The notes under the pieces are model-generated. The model did not search any database, was not told where the DNA came from, and saw nothing but the letters and a program-made list of their open reading frames with translations. Below, piece after piece: positions 19,157-29,569 of a stretch of 64,000 bases of DNA (position 1 is its first letter; each line of letters opens with the position of its first letter). The stretch is from Staphylococcus phage vB_SepM_BE08. The position numbers were made by a program, and so were the translations under genes. The DNA lies in the sequence record MT596505.1; one strand, written 5' to 3'.

Positions 19157-19434
19157 CTTCTATATCCTTTCAAATATAATATCTTATGAAAATACTCTAT
19201 TGCTCTGTGTGCTTTAGCTATTGTTGTAGCGTACTCTAATAATTCATTTTCTGATAGAGGTTTTTCTGTATCTCTTTTTATATCTGCTACTAAGTTTACT
19301 TTATCTAAACCATCATCATAAATAACAGGAGCATATTCTAAATCACAATCTACTGTAGCTATTATTTGCTCTCCTGCTTTTTCTACTTTCAATCTAAACT
19401 CTCTATAGTAATCTTCAAACACAACTTCACTCAT
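19153..19434 (-). CDS. Hypothetical protein (93 aa)
   Basis: ORF in the array. Confidence 0.5.
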   Translation of the reverse strand: MSEVVFEDYYREFRLKVEKAGEQIIATVDCDLEYAPVIYDDGLDKVNLVADIKRDTEKPLSENELLEYATTIAKAHRAIEYFHKILYLKGYRR

Positions 19435-19609
19435 CTGTATACCTTCTCCCTAAATCAATATATCCTGACTTTTCTCTAATATGTTTTAATCGTTGTAGTT
19501 TCTGTTCTCTTGTCAGGTTAGACCTATACGGTTCTGCTTTTTTGTTTTTAAATCTTTTTTTAGTATTCGTATCTTTACTTTCTTGTTGCATCTTTTCTAA
19601 AAAATTCAT
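19427..19609 (-). CDS. Hypothetical basic protein (60 aa)
   Basis: ORF in the array. Confidence 0.4.
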   Translation of the reverse strand: MNFLEKMQQESKDTNTKKRFKNKKAEPYRSNLTREQKLQRLKHIREKSGYIDLGRRYTDE

Positions 19610-19745
19610 AACAAACCTCCTCTTTTATTATAGTAACATAAAAGCAAAAAACAGTCAATACTTTTTAGTATCGACTGCTTAAAAAAAGGATGATTCCTAT
19701 AGCTATGAATACAACTACTACCAAAAAACTCACGGTATCCCTCCT

Positions 19746-20129
19746 CTATTTTACTTTTTCTCCTTTAGGTACAAATCTATATATGTGTACTCGGTTACCA
19801 TCATCATCTTTTGAGTATACTCTAATGAGTGTAAATTTTTTAGCCTCTTTAAACTTACTAGTTTTAAATACAGTTGTATCTACACTATTATTTGTTGTTC
19901 TTCCAGGAATATAAGTAGGTAAGTTTTCTGTAAAATAAATTTTATTATCACTTATATGGTCTTTTGTGAAATTACCTACTTTTTCTACTTTCTCTCCTTT
20001 AACTTCTGATGATTGTTTTGTAAAATGTTCAGTGTCTTTTCCTTGGATATTTACTGTTGTAATGTAAATACTCATAGAAAGAATTAAAATAATAATAGCT
20101 ACAATATAACCTTTATTTAATCTATCCAT
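19746..20129 (-). CDS. Hypothetical membrane-anchored protein (127 aa)
   Basis: N-terminal TM helix YIVAIIILILSMSIYI. Confidence 0.55.
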   Translation of the reverse strand: MDRLNKGYIVAIIILILSMSIYITTVNIQGKDTEHFTKQSSEVKGEKVEKVGNFTKDHISDNKIYFTENLPTYIPGRTTNNSVDTTVFKTSKFKEAKKFTLIRVYSKDDDGNRVHIYRFVPKGEKVK

Positions 20130-20193
20130 TTCTACTTATTCCCTTCTATAATAAAATAGCTTTCTCTTATGTAATATAAGAGAAAGCATAAAA

Positions 20194-20895
20194 TTAAATA
20201 CTATTCATAATAAATACACATTTATCTACAAGAGGACAATAAACCATACTCTCAGAATCATCTAACATATCTTTTAATTTAAGATAATGCTTGAGATAGC
20301 TATCAGGATTAGCTAAATCTTTATACCTAACTAAGCAATCATCAATTTTAAGTTCTATATCTTTTTTACTTACGATTTCTAATTGAGTTACTTCTTCACT
20401 AGAAGTTAATATATAACCTTTCTCTATAACCTCATCTGATACATCTTCAACTTTTACATTATTTTTAATATCTTCCACTAATTGATACTGGTCGTAATTG
20501 TAATCATCAGATTTAATTCTAAATAAAGGCTCTATTACTCTAGCTCTTTCAAGAATACTAATTGGTGCACTGTTTTTATGCTTATTATATAGGTACTCAT
20601 TTTCTGTTATTCTTTCTTTTGATAACCCAATATAATGACCTGCTGGTGTTCCAAATTTCTCTTCTAAATCTGGAGTTACAGTAGCAATCATAAGCGTATC
20701 ATAATTAACTTCAGTACCTATTACTTTGTAATTACTTACTACATTTTCTAAACCTTCTAAATCTAATAAGGAATGTTTAAGCTCTTCTAATGTATAACCT
20801 GATTCTATATTCTTTATTTGTGTATTTTCTTCATTATTAGGAGAACCATAATGTTCTTTATTCCTCATCTCATTTAATTTATCTGAAAAACTCAT
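20194..20895 (-). CDS. Hypothetical protein (233 aa)
   Basis: ORF in the array. Confidence 0.55.
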   Translation of the reverse strand: MSFSDKLNEMRNKEHYGSPNNEENTQIKNIESGYTLEELKHSLLDLEGLENVVSNYKVIGTEVNYDTLMIATVTPDLEEKFGTPAGHYIGLSKERITENEYLYNKHKNSAPISILERARVIEPLFRIKSDDYNYDQYQLVEDIKNNVKVEDVSDEVIEKGYILTSSEEVTQLEIVSKKDIELKIDDCLVRYKDLANPDSYLKHYLKLKDMLDDSESMVYCPLVDKCVFIMNSI

Positions 20896-20927
20896 ATGTT
20901 ACACACCTACAATTCTACTACAATTTC

Positions 20928-21368
20928 TTATTCCTCTTGTTCATCATTAAGTACTTCTTCTTTAGAACCTGTTTTTCTCTCTACATTATATAAGTCTAAA
21001 ATATAGTACAAACCATTTTTATGAATATTATACTTCTTATAAATATCTTCTACATTCATAAAATGATAATCTTTGATAAGTTGTTTTGTCTTTTCTACAT
21101 CATTTAATACGTGAGCTACTCTCTCAGAAACTCTAGATTTCTTGTTTCTTTTCTCTACTTTATAACTGTTAATTACTGAGTAAATCATACCTGTACTTAC
21201 TTTAACTGCTTTTGAGATTTCTTTAAACGGTGCTCCTTCTTCATATAAAGTAACGATTTGTTGCTCTTTAATTGTGTTGAATCTTTTATCTTTCTTTAAA
21301 GGTGTAAATTCTTTTTTATTTTCTGTACCTAAAATCTTCTCTTCTTCTTTATTTAATGAAATAAACAT
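20928..21368 (-). CDS. Hypothetical protein (146 aa), possible helix-turn-helix DNA-binding
   Basis: Segments resembling HTH (EEGAPFKEISKAVKVSTGMIYSVI) read by eye only. Confidence 0.45.
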   Translation of the reverse strand: MFISLNKEEEKILGTENKKEFTPLKKDKRFNTIKEQQIVTLYEEGAPFKEISKAVKVSTGMIYSVINSYKVEKRNKKSRVSERVAHVLNDVEKTKQLIKDYHFMNVEDIYKKYNIHKNGLYYILDLYNVERKTGSKEEVLNDEQEE

Positions 21369-21410
21369 ATAAAAAACTCCTTTTGTTTTGATACTTATAT
21401 CATACTACAC

Positions 21411-21899
21411 TTAATCATTCTTGTCAATATCTTTTACTAAAGTTAACTCACTTTCTTTAAATACCTTATCGTATTCACCTGTTAGCTTATAAAAGTAATT
21501 GTTGTTATCAGTTAGTACTTCTGTAATCCTAGCAACATCTTTACTTGAATTTTCATTTAATAGATTAAATCGTTCATACTCTACAATGTCATTAACTTTA
21601 AATTTATTGTCTGTTACATTAAATTCTTCATCTAAGTAAACATTAAATGTAATAAGAGCATTAATAGAAATATTATAAGGCACCCAATACCTATTATAAA
21701 AAGTTGTTTCTTTTCTAATATCTCTTGATATTTCTGTCATCTGGTGTTTACCAGGATTAAGTCTTACAAGGATTGTTCCTTGGTCTCCTTGTTCTAGTCT
21801 TAATACTTTACCATCTACTAGGTAATGAATAATATCTGTTAAACTTTCAATTGGTAATGCTTCTTTTACTGGTTGTATATTAATCGGATTGACTTCCAT
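21411..21899 (-). CDS. Hypothetical protein (162 aa)
   Basis: ORF in the array. Confidence 0.55.
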   Translation of the reverse strand: MEVNPINIQPVKEALPIESLTDIIHYLVDGKVLRLEQGDQGTILVRLNPGKHQMTEISRDIRKETTFYNRYWVPYNISINALITFNVYLDEEFNVTDNKFKVNDIVEYERFNLLNENSSKDVARITEVLTDNNNYFYKLTGEYDKVFKESELTLVKDIDKND

Positions 21900-21923
21900 A
21901 ATTTACCTCACTCACTTTACACA

Positions 21924-22649
21924 TTAAATAGATATTCCAGCTTGTTCCATAGCTTCTTTAAATCTTTTGTCTTCTTCATTTAAATCTAGACTTTGATAGA
22001 ATTCTTTTTCCTTTTCTTCTAATCTTTGTAGTACCTGTTCGTGTTGCTCTTCAGGAATAAATTCTAATAATACTTCTGTCATAGCTGATTCTCTAGCTGT
22101 TTGTTTAAGCATAAGCTCTTTTAACCCAATATAACTTAAACCTTTTAATTCCCCATTAGTTATCTTATTCTTTGTTTCTATTGCTCTTATCATTAAAGCT
22201 GGGTCTAATGTATCTACCCATTTTAAACCTTCTCTACCTTTATAAATAATTTCATCTAATATCTGAGCGTCATTATATATTTTCTCAGTATAACTTTTAG
22301 CTTCTTCAAAACTAGGTGCAATTTCTTGACCTTTATAACTCACCTCTTTATCAGATATATCATCTACAGAGGTTTTCTTTCTCTTATCTATAAGCTCTCC
22401 TAAATCCCAACCATTTTGAATAGCTTCTCTTCTTTTGTTTTTATATCTTGATAAAGATGGTTTAGATATGTCTAAGTCATACTCTTTACATATATCTATA
22501 ATATCATCGAAACTCATATCTTCATCTAAAGCATTATCTACTTTAGTTCTTAATAATTTATTGTGATATAGCTTAGAGAGTATACTCTCTTTTTTTTCAA
22601 CAACTTTAATAGTGTCTTTTTTATTTTTTAAATTTTTCTTTCTAGCCAT
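21924..22649 (-). CDS. Hypothetical protein (241 aa), basic N-terminus; first gene after the largest intergenic gap
   Basis: ORF in the array, preceded by a 337-bp non-coding region. Confidence 0.55.
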   Translation of the reverse strand: MARKKNLKNKKDTIKVVEKKESILSKLYHNKLLRTKVDNALDEDMSFDDIIDICKEYDLDISKPSLSRYKNKRREAIQNGWDLGELIDKRKKTSVDDISDKEVSYKGQEIAPSFEEAKSYTEKIYNDAQILDEIIYKGREGLKWVDTLDPALMIRAIETKNKITNGELKGLSYIGLKELMLKQTARESAMTEVLLEFIPEEQHEQVLQRLEEKEKEFYQSLDLNEEDKRFKEAMEQAGISI

Positions 22650-22893
22650 AATATAATATTTCCTTTCTAATGTAAAAGTATGTAATTAGTTACATATATG
22701 AAACGTAGTTACAATTAATAAAACAATCCCTTTACATCAACTTATTTCAGTCCACATTATATAATATATCACAATTTCTGTTATTATTTTATATCATTAT
22801 AAGTATTTATAAAAAATATATACAATTTTGTAGTAAATTTTATTTGTAAAACACTTTAATTTAGCTATATTTAATTGAAATACAGAGTTGTTT

Positions 22894-22916
22894 TTCATAA
22901 AAATTCATTTTATGAA
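22894..22916. promoter_or_regulatory. AT-only perfect palindrome TTCATAAAA-N5-TTTTATGAA in the 337-bp intergenic region
   Basis: 9-bp arms read directly. It overlaps a plus-strand TTGAAA-17-TAAAAT promoter-like element at 22874-22902. Confidence 0.4.
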
Positions 22917-22986
22917 TATTATTTACCTGCATTTTTTACTACTACTTACTTTACTTTTTAATAAAAGAAACTATTTAAATATACAC

Positions 22987-23487
22987 TTATTCTGCATAAA
23001 TTCTCTCTGCTTCTGCTTTCATTTCCTCTACAAATGAATCATCTTCATAAGCTTCTTTAGTAAAGAAAACGATTGGCTCTTCAGCTACACCATTTTGATA
23101 TTCATAAACATCATCCATAGCTACTTTAGAATACTTTTGATAGTAGTTAACCATGAATGTAGGTAAGTTAGCTAAAACATTATCTCCAAATAGACCAAAT
23201 AAAACTACAATAAGACTATTCCCTAATAAAGGAAAAGCAAAAATTAAATTATAAAGTGCGTAAATAAATACAAAAAACCCAATAACTCTAAGGAATGGAA
23301 TACTAAATACAATTCCTGAAATCATAAACCAGTTAATAAATCTTACTCCTGCATCTACTGAAGCTGTTCTCAATGCTTCAGTTCCTTCAAACGCTTCTTT
23401 ACCATTTAACATTAATGAATCTAATACTCTTAATCCTTTAATGACTAAAAACCAAATTACTCCTAAAATAATAATTCCTAATAACAT
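22987..23487 (-). CDS. Hypothetical polytopic membrane protein (166 aa)
   Basis: Multiple hydrophobic helices. Confidence 0.55.
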   Translation of the reverse strand: MLLGIIILGVIWFLVIKGLRVLDSLMLNGKEAFEGTEALRTASVDAGVRFINWFMISGIVFSIPFLRVIGFFVFIYALYNLIFAFPLLGNSLIVVLFGLFGDNVLANLPTFMVNYYQKYSKVAMDDVYEYQNGVAEEPIVFFTKEAYEDDSFVEEMKAEAERIYAE

Positions 23488-23570
23488 AATAACAAAATCC
23501 CTTCTCTTTTTTTATTTATTGTTTCTATAGTTATACTATAATACAAAGAGAGGGGATTGTCAACAGTTTT

Positions 23571-24416
23571 TTAGAAAAAAATTGATAATTTTTTATTATT
23601 TTTTAAGGTAATTTCAAAAGTGTACCTGTTATCTTCTTTAATAACTTTAGAATAAGATATATCATTAGTTTTAAATGATAAAAATGATTGACCGCAAGCT
23701 ATAGAATATCTACTAGTATTATCTGATACAATAAATATTCCTGTTTCATTGGTATTATATAAATTATAAGTAATAGAGCCATCATCAAAGAATACACAAG
23801 GTATTTCTTTATTGATAATTCTTCTCTCTAATAGGAAATCAAGTAGTTTTTCCGTATCTACTTTTGTTAATTTATCTTTCTTTGATAGCATACCTAATAG
23901 TGTTTGTCCTTCATACTCTTTAGGTGTTGTCAACAAGTAAACCTCGTGTTTAAAGTCTATAATTTCTTCTTCAATTTTATATAATTTTAATTTAATATCT
24001 TTAGCAAGTGTAATTGTAGCTTCTGAAATTTTAGGCTCAATAAATAAGTTCTCCACATCAATAGCTTTAACTTGACTTACTTGAGTTCCTTTTAAAATCA
24101 TATCTGTAAGAAGTCCAGGGTCTTTTACACCTTGGTCTATTTGGTCTACTTTAACACTTCCTAATCCTGAAGATTCTAATGATTTATTGTATCTAATAAT
24201 ATTAGGTTTATCGTTATCATGAACAATTAATCTATTGATAAATTCAAATCTATTACCTTTTTCAAATGTTACGTCTTCAATGTAAGGCTCAGGTATAACA
24301 CCAATAGGATAATCTTTATCATGATAAGTAATACCTAGTAGTTCAATTTCTCCGTTTTTCATTTTATTATATAATGTCTCAGGTTTAATCTTTTTAAATG
24401 TGTTGGTTGTTAACAT
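23571..24416 (-). CDS. Hypothetical protein (281 aa)
   Basis: ORF in the array. Confidence 0.55.
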   Translation of the reverse strand: MLTTNTFKKIKPETLYNKMKNGEIELLGITYHDKDYPIGVIPEPYIEDVTFEKGNRFEFINRLIVHDNDKPNIIRYNKSLESSGLGSVKVDQIDQGVKDPGLLTDMILKGTQVSQVKAIDVENLFIEPKISEATITLAKDIKLKLYKIEEEIIDFKHEVYLLTTPKEYEGQTLLGMLSKKDKLTKVDTEKLLDFLLERRIINKEIPCVFFDDGSITYNLYNTNETGIFIVSDNTSRYSIACGQSFLSFKTNDISYSKVIKEDNRYTFEITLKNNKKLSIFF

Positions 24417-24847
24417 TAATAACCCTTCCTTTTATTTGTTTGTTTTCTAATTTTAAATATAAAAATTAGATGTGTACTTTTAAATGTTCTCTGCTCTCTA
24501 ATACTTAGTTTTCCTATTAGTAAACCGCCTTTATGAACATAATAAAGCCTGTCAGTATGTGTTATTTCTTGGTTTTTATATTTCTGTTTTAAACTTAACA
24601 TATTTTCATTCACACCAATAGCTTTACTAATTAAATCAATACCATATTTTTTTTGTAATTTAACATCAGTTGAAGATATATTATTAAACTGTTTAGTAAA
24701 TAGTAATTTGTACATAGTTGTTGATTTATCTTTGTTAGGGTCTCTATGATTGTAAAACTTTGTATTCCCTGGTGATGGTGTGGGTGCAAAGTTAACTGGC
24801 ATAAGTTTTGCTTTTCTTCTTTTATTCACGTATAGATTCAACTCCAT
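24416..24847 (-). CDS. Hypothetical basic protein (143 aa)
   Basis: ORF in the array. Confidence 0.5.
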   Translation of the reverse strand: MELNLYVNKRRKAKLMPVNFAPTPSPGNTKFYNHRDPNKDKSTTMYKLLFTKQFNNISSTDVKLQKKYGIDLISKAIGVNENMLSLKQKYKNQEITHTDRLYYVHKGGLLIGKLSIREQRTFKSTHLIFIFKIRKQTNKRKGY

Positions 24848-25571
24848 TTTTTACTACATTAAAGAAGTCTTCTTCAATAACTTTCCATCTATCATTATAA
24901 CCATAAATAACTACCCTTGTAAATAATTTATAGGTATTTTCTTCTCCTAAGTATTTTATTATTTGATTAATAACTGAGAATTTTTTCATTCTTTTAGATT
25001 GTGTTGTTTGAGAGAAGTTACCTGCTCCTCCTGTGTATCTACCATTCTTATTATAGTTATACCCTGAACGGAAAGTAAAAGGGTCTCTTATTTGTTTTAA
25101 CATTATTAATAAGTTATGTTTCCATAGAATATTAAGTGTATGATAAGGACTTCTATGAGGTGATATAGTTGCCTTTTTATATTTACCTACAATAGGTTTA
25201 CCTTTAACATTTATATAGCTTATAATACCTACATGGTGATGTTTATATCGTTTTAATATTTGTTCTACTTTAAGTACATGCTTATCATGACACATAACAT
25301 ATACGTATTTACATACTTGACTATAATAGTGTAGTTGTTTATTAAGTCGTTGTGTAGAATCCCTCTCTGTTTTTATCTCGATACCCATTACAGTACCGTT
25401 TCTATCTAATACTAGGCAATCAGTTCTACATTTACCTTGACAAATTACTTTTTCATTGAATATAGCAATATCCTTAACATCACTTATAATATCATCATCA
25501 TAAAAAAGGTGCTGTTTAGTTTTTATTAGGTCTTTTATATCTTTTTCATAAAATCTAACTTCAGAAGACAT
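24822..25571 (-). CDS. Putative PD-(D/E)xK-fold nuclease domain protein (249 aa)
   Basis: CLVLDRNGTVMGIEIKTERD fits the D...E-x-K restriction-endonuclease-like core. C-terminal region is unassigned. Confidence 0.45.
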   Translation of the reverse strand: MSSEVRFYEKDIKDLIKTKQHLFYDDDIISDVKDIAIFNEKVICQGKCRTDCLVLDRNGTVMGIEIKTERDSTQRLNKQLHYYSQVCKYVYVMCHDKHVLKVEQILKRYKHHHVGIISYINVKGKPIVGKYKKATISPHRSPYHTLNILWKHNLLIMLKQIRDPFTFRSGYNYNKNGRYTGGAGNFSQTTQSKRMKKFSVINQIIKYLGEENTYKLFTRVVIYGYNDRWKVIEEDFFNVVKNGVESIRE

Positions 25572-26100
25572 TTAATCTATCCTCTTTCGTTTTTTTATAA
25601 TATTCTATTACACTTTCTAAAGGTGTATATGAATTAAACCATTTAATGTTAGATAAACCAATAAAAACACCTGTATACTTACCATGCTCAACAACTATAC
25701 CATCTTTTTGTGTCATTTTTTTATTATCTGGTTGTCTTTCAAAGAAACCTTTTCCAGTCTCACCTGTTACTGTATCTCTGCCTAACGGAATCACAGTAGC
25801 TATGAATATAGGTTCTTCTTCTACTTTCTTAGGTGTAACTTTCTTAGGTAATCTGCTTTTAATAATATTACTAATTGTTGTTCCTCCAGGTATTGTTTTT
25901 CTATATTCTTCAATTCTATATTTTTTAACTGGATTATCTATATTATTAACATCATGTACATTATATACAATAACATATTCTGATAAATCTTCTTCTATGT
26001 GTTCTACTATATAAACAGGTTTACCATCAAAATAATAAGCTCCTATACTTACCCTCATTTTTATTGATGGGCTATCAAATGCACTAAAATTAAAATCCAT
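25561..26100 (-). CDS. Hypothetical protein (179 aa)
   Basis: ORF in the array. Confidence 0.55.
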   Translation of the reverse strand: MDFNFSAFDSPSIKMRVSIGAYYFDGKPVYIVEHIEEDLSEYVIVYNVHDVNNIDNPVKKYRIEEYRKTIPGGTTISNIIKSRLPKKVTPKKVEEEPIFIATVIPLGRDTVTGETGKGFFERQPDNKKMTQKDGIVVEHGKYTGVFIGLSNIKWFNSYTPLESVIEYYKKTKEDRLNVF

Positions 26101-26164
26101 TCTTCATCAGTTCCTTCTTTTCTTTTTATTATACCATATAATTAAAGTAGAAGCAAATATGCCT

Positions 26165-26503
26165 CTACTTTTTCTTAATTAACTTAGCTTGAATAAAAGA
26201 CATAATCAAGGTAGTAATTAATCCTACAATAAGGTATCCTACTATAAATATAACACAATATAGTATTAAGAACCAAATATTAGTAGGTTGAATAAAATTA
26301 TCAGAAAAAAAGCTAATTACTAATAAAAACATAAAACCAAGTAACCAATTAAGTAACGGATAGTAATAATCAAAGTTATTAAAAGCTGGATAGCCAGCTT
26401 TTACTCTTTCTTTTTCAACCGACCATTGTTGAAATAAAGTAGCGACTGTATTTATTGTAACTAATATCATAGTAGATATTAGTATAGATAAAACATAATT
26501 CAA
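26165..26503 (-). CDS. Hypothetical polytopic membrane protein (112 aa)
   Basis: Three hydrophobic helices. Confidence 0.55.
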   Translation of the reverse strand: MNYVLSILISTMILVTINTVATLFQQWSVEKERVKAGYPAFNNFDYYYPLLNWLLGFMFLLVISFFSDNFIQPTNIWFLILYCVIFIVGYLIVGLITTLIMSFIQAKLIKKK

Positions 26504-26515
26504 AATTAATCACTC

Positions 26516-27781
26516 CTAATCTAAGAACACTGTTTTAATGTCTATATTCTTAGTCCCCTCTTCTAACACTAATATTTGTTGAGAAGGTTTTGTCTTACTT
26601 AAGTGTAATTCTTTAGCATAGTTATTATAGCCCATTGGAGAGCTGGCAACAATATGAAATCTGTTATAATCTTCTTGTGTTATTCTATGATGATGTACAT
26701 GTCCTGTAATAAGCAAATCAATATGTGAATCTGTAATAAATTTAGGAATATGATTACCTTTTCCTTTAAGTCCATCACCATGATTAACTACAATTTTTTT
26801 ACCTAAAATTGTATCTCTAATATTATAAATATCTTCCCTATTATCAATAAGCTCAATATCTTTTAATACACCTTGTTGTTTTAACATAAGTAGCATATCT
26901 AGTACTACAAACGCTACATTATCATTATAAACTTTTTGATTTTTATTACCTTGCATACGGTCATGATTACCACCAATAATACCAAATGTTAATTTACCTG
27001 GTACATATTGTCTAATATTATTTAAAATATCTATAATTAATCTAGTTCCTTTAGAAATTTGTTCAGCTAAAGTAAATTCTGTCTCAAATGCTTGGTTAAC
27101 ATCTCTCATAGATATATGTTCTACTAAATCACCTACAAAGTATACTGTAACATCTGTAATATCTTTACTTTCAATATCTTCAATAACTGTCTCTAAAAAT
27201 TGGTTAAGTCTACGTTTTAGTATATTAAAGTCGTAACCACCATTAGTATAATCAGATGTCAAAGCACCAATATGAAAATCTGACAGTAAAACTACCATTG
27301 ATTTTTCTTTTTCTGTATTTACATAATTATAAAACTGACTTTCTAATAATGTATTTATAGGTTGTAAATCTCTAATTATAGATTTCTTTAAATCTTCCAT
27401 TAAGATATTAATATGTGCACCTTGTTTAGCATACTTACGAAATTCTCTTTGTTGTGATAGTGTGCGTTCATTCTCAGTAACATATGTTGAAACAGTTTTA
27501 AAGTAATCATTACCTGTAAATACTTTTCTATCATCTACACTTCTTAAGTCACCTAAACCAAGTTCTCCAGATAAAGCTGAATTTTTAAGACTGTTTAAAT
27601 ACTCATTCTCTCTAACTGTATCTACAATATCAACAAATTCTGAAGAATTTACTTTGTCTAATCCTAATTCTTTAATAATTTTATTAAATTTAGTTAAAAC
27701 TATTTTACCTTCTTCTTTTCCTAGAACTCCGATAATAATAGCATATAACTCTTCTACTGTATTAAATCTACTTTCTGTCAT
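26516..27781 (-). CDS. Calcineurin-like metallophosphoesterase (Mre11/SbcD-type fold) (421 aa)
   Basis: Motifs LSDFHIG, GDLVEH, GGNHD, NHGDG and GHVHHH in the canonical order. Confidence 0.7.
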   Translation of the reverse strand: MTESRFNTVEELYAIIIGVLGKEEGKIVLTKFNKIIKELGLDKVNSSEFVDIVDTVRENEYLNSLKNSALSGELGLGDLRSVDDRKVFTGNDYFKTVSTYVTENERTLSQQREFRKYAKQGAHINILMEDLKKSIIRDLQPINTLLESQFYNYVNTEKEKSMVVLLSDFHIGALTSDYTNGGYDFNILKRRLNQFLETVIEDIESKDITDVTVYFVGDLVEHISMRDVNQAFETEFTLAEQISKGTRLIIDILNNIRQYVPGKLTFGIIGGNHDRMQGNKNQKVYNDNVAFVVLDMLLMLKQQGVLKDIELIDNREDIYNIRDTILGKKIVVNHGDGLKGKGNHIPKFITDSHIDLLITGHVHHHRITQEDYNRFHIVASSPMGYNNYAKELHLSKTKPSQQILVLEEGTKNIDIKTVFLD

Positions 27782-27783
27782 AA

Positions 27784-28533
27784 TTAATTCCCTTCTTTAA
27801 TAAATTTCATTGTATTTTTTGCTAGTCGATTGACTGAACTAGGTATAAATAAACTAAACACATTTGTCTTATCATTATAACGTGTATCAAACACTTTTGT
27901 CAAGTAATTTTTATCAACATTTTTACAATGAAATGTTATTAAGTCACTATTTGACCGTGTTTGAGATGTTATAACAACCACACCTGTATTTCTTTTCCTT
28001 AAAATTCTATGAGCTAATACATATTTATAGATAACATCATTCTCGTTTAAGAAAAAGAAATTATTACCACCATCAACAACCCTATCTAACATCATTGAAA
28101 TATAAACTTCATCTATATTAAGTTCTTTTTCTACTTGTGTGTAATTTATTTCTTCTAAGTTAATAAAGTTAAAATAGTTAGTAAAATCTCTAGCTATACT
28201 TAACCACTTATCATCTTTTATATCTAATAAAATCATAAGTTGTTTTAACAGGCTTAAATGCTGTTCTTCTTTAGTTACAGTAATAAAATTATCAGGTAAT
28301 AACCCTATGTTACTTACATAATAGATACTACCTTTTAAGTATTGAGTATCTATATTTTTATAAATATAACCTACAAAAATAACATCTTCATCTTCTACAC
28401 TTTCAAAAGAAACACGATTTATGTCTGTTTCATACTTTATCTTACTAATACCTTGAATATTTTCTTTGAAAAACTTATCTACTATATTCTTCTCAAGTAT
28501 TAAAGGGTTAATAAAAATATACACTCTTACCAC
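27784..28533 (-). CDS. Hypothetical protein (249 aa)
   Basis: ORF in the array. Confidence 0.55.
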   Translation of the reverse strand: MVRVYIFINPLILEKNIVDKFFKENIQGISKIKYETDINRVSFESVEDEDVIFVGYIYKNIDTQYLKGSIYYVSNIGLLPDNFITVTKEEQHLSLLKQLMILLDIKDDKWLSIARDFTNYFNFINLEEINYTQVEKELNIDEVYISMMLDRVVDGGNNFFFLNENDVIYKYVLAHRILRKRNTGVVVITSQTRSNSDLITFHCKNVDKNYLTKVFDTRYNDKTNVFSLFIPSSVNRLAKNTMKFIKEGN

Positions 28534-28790
28534 TCCATTCTAGCATATAAATATCCTTTTGATTCTTTATCTAGTCCTAAATTATCTTTACCATATTCTA
28601 GTACTCTATAACCATAAATATTTAGATAGTTTTGTATTGCGTTCATTTGACTTTGCACATTAACAGTAGCTACTGAAACTGTATCAAACTTAACAGCTAC
28701 AAACTCTTCTTTATTTTCCATAAGTCTTTTTACTTTAACATGGTCGTCTGGGTTTCTAAGTAGAATAATATTCTCTTCTTTTATCATCAT
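28527..28790 (-). CDS. Hypothetical protein (87 aa)
   Basis: ORF in the array. Confidence 0.5.
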   Translation of the reverse strand: MMIKEENIILLRNPDDHVKVKRLMENKEEFVAVKFDTVSVATVNVQSQMNAIQNYLNIYGYRVLEYGKDNLGLDKESKGYLYARMEW

Positions 28791-28850
28791 TTACACCTCT
28801 CTATATTTATTACAATTAATACTATAACATATATGTATATATTTGTCAAT

Positions 28851-28879
28851 AAAAAAAGACTAGGAATTTAATCCTAGTC
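28851..28879 (-). terminator. Intrinsic terminator after the 28894..29553 gene
   Basis: 8-bp perfect stem gactagga/tcctagtc with a 6-nt loop, then T7 on the minus strand. Confidence 0.7.
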
Positions 28880-28893
28880 TAAAAAGCGGTATA

Positions 28894-29553
28894 TTATTGA
28901 GGTTTTTCTTCTGCATTAACATCTGCTGTTGTATCTTTAGGGTCTACAGATACATCTACGTCTACATCTGAACGTGACTCAGAAGGTTCTGAAGTATCTC
29001 CTTGTCCTTCACTTTGGTCGTTATGACGTACGTCTTCACGAGCATTTCCTGTTGGATAACTTGAAATTAAATCTTCGTTTGCACGACCTTTTTTATCTTC
29101 TGTTTTATCAGCGTCTGATTGTTCTACGTCTTTAACTTCAAGTACGTCTTCTTTCTCATTAGTAATAAAGACGTTATATACTCCTAAGCGGAATCTGTCT
29201 TCAATAAATGCTAAGAACGCTTGTACCAATTGTTTACCTTTATCTAAACCTTTAATGTTTTCAGTTCGGATAAATGATTGGTGGTAAGGGTCAAATAAAG
29301 TGTTCACTACAAAATGAATATTATCTCCGTCTGTGTATACAACTGGAGAATCTTTCATTACATTAATAGTACCTCTACCATCTAATTGAATAGGAAATAG
29401 GAATAATTCACCATCTTGCTCTTTACAAATGTAAGAATAAATACCTCTATGTGTACGTGTATATCCGTCTTGTTCAGTTCTTACTTGTAAGTATTTATCT
29501 TTCAATGTTACTGTATCTTGCGTTAAAACTTCTTGTAAACTTTTTTTAGCCAT
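28894..29553 (-). CDS. Hypothetical protein (219 aa) with an acidic disordered C-terminal tail
   Basis: C-terminal 70 residues are rich in D, E and S (SEPSESRSDVDVDVSVDP). Confidence 0.55.
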   Translation of the reverse strand: MAKKSLQEVLTQDTVTLKDKYLQVRTEQDGYTRTHRGIYSYICKEQDGELFLFPIQLDGRGTINVMKDSPVVYTDGDNIHFVVNTLFDPYHQSFIRTENIKGLDKGKQLVQAFLAFIEDRFRLGVYNVFITNEKEDVLEVKDVEQSDADKTEDKKGRANEDLISSYPTGNAREDVRHNDQSEGQGDTSEPSESRSDVDVDVSVDPKDTTADVNAEEKPQ

Positions 29554-29569
29554 ATTTAAAATCTCCTAA

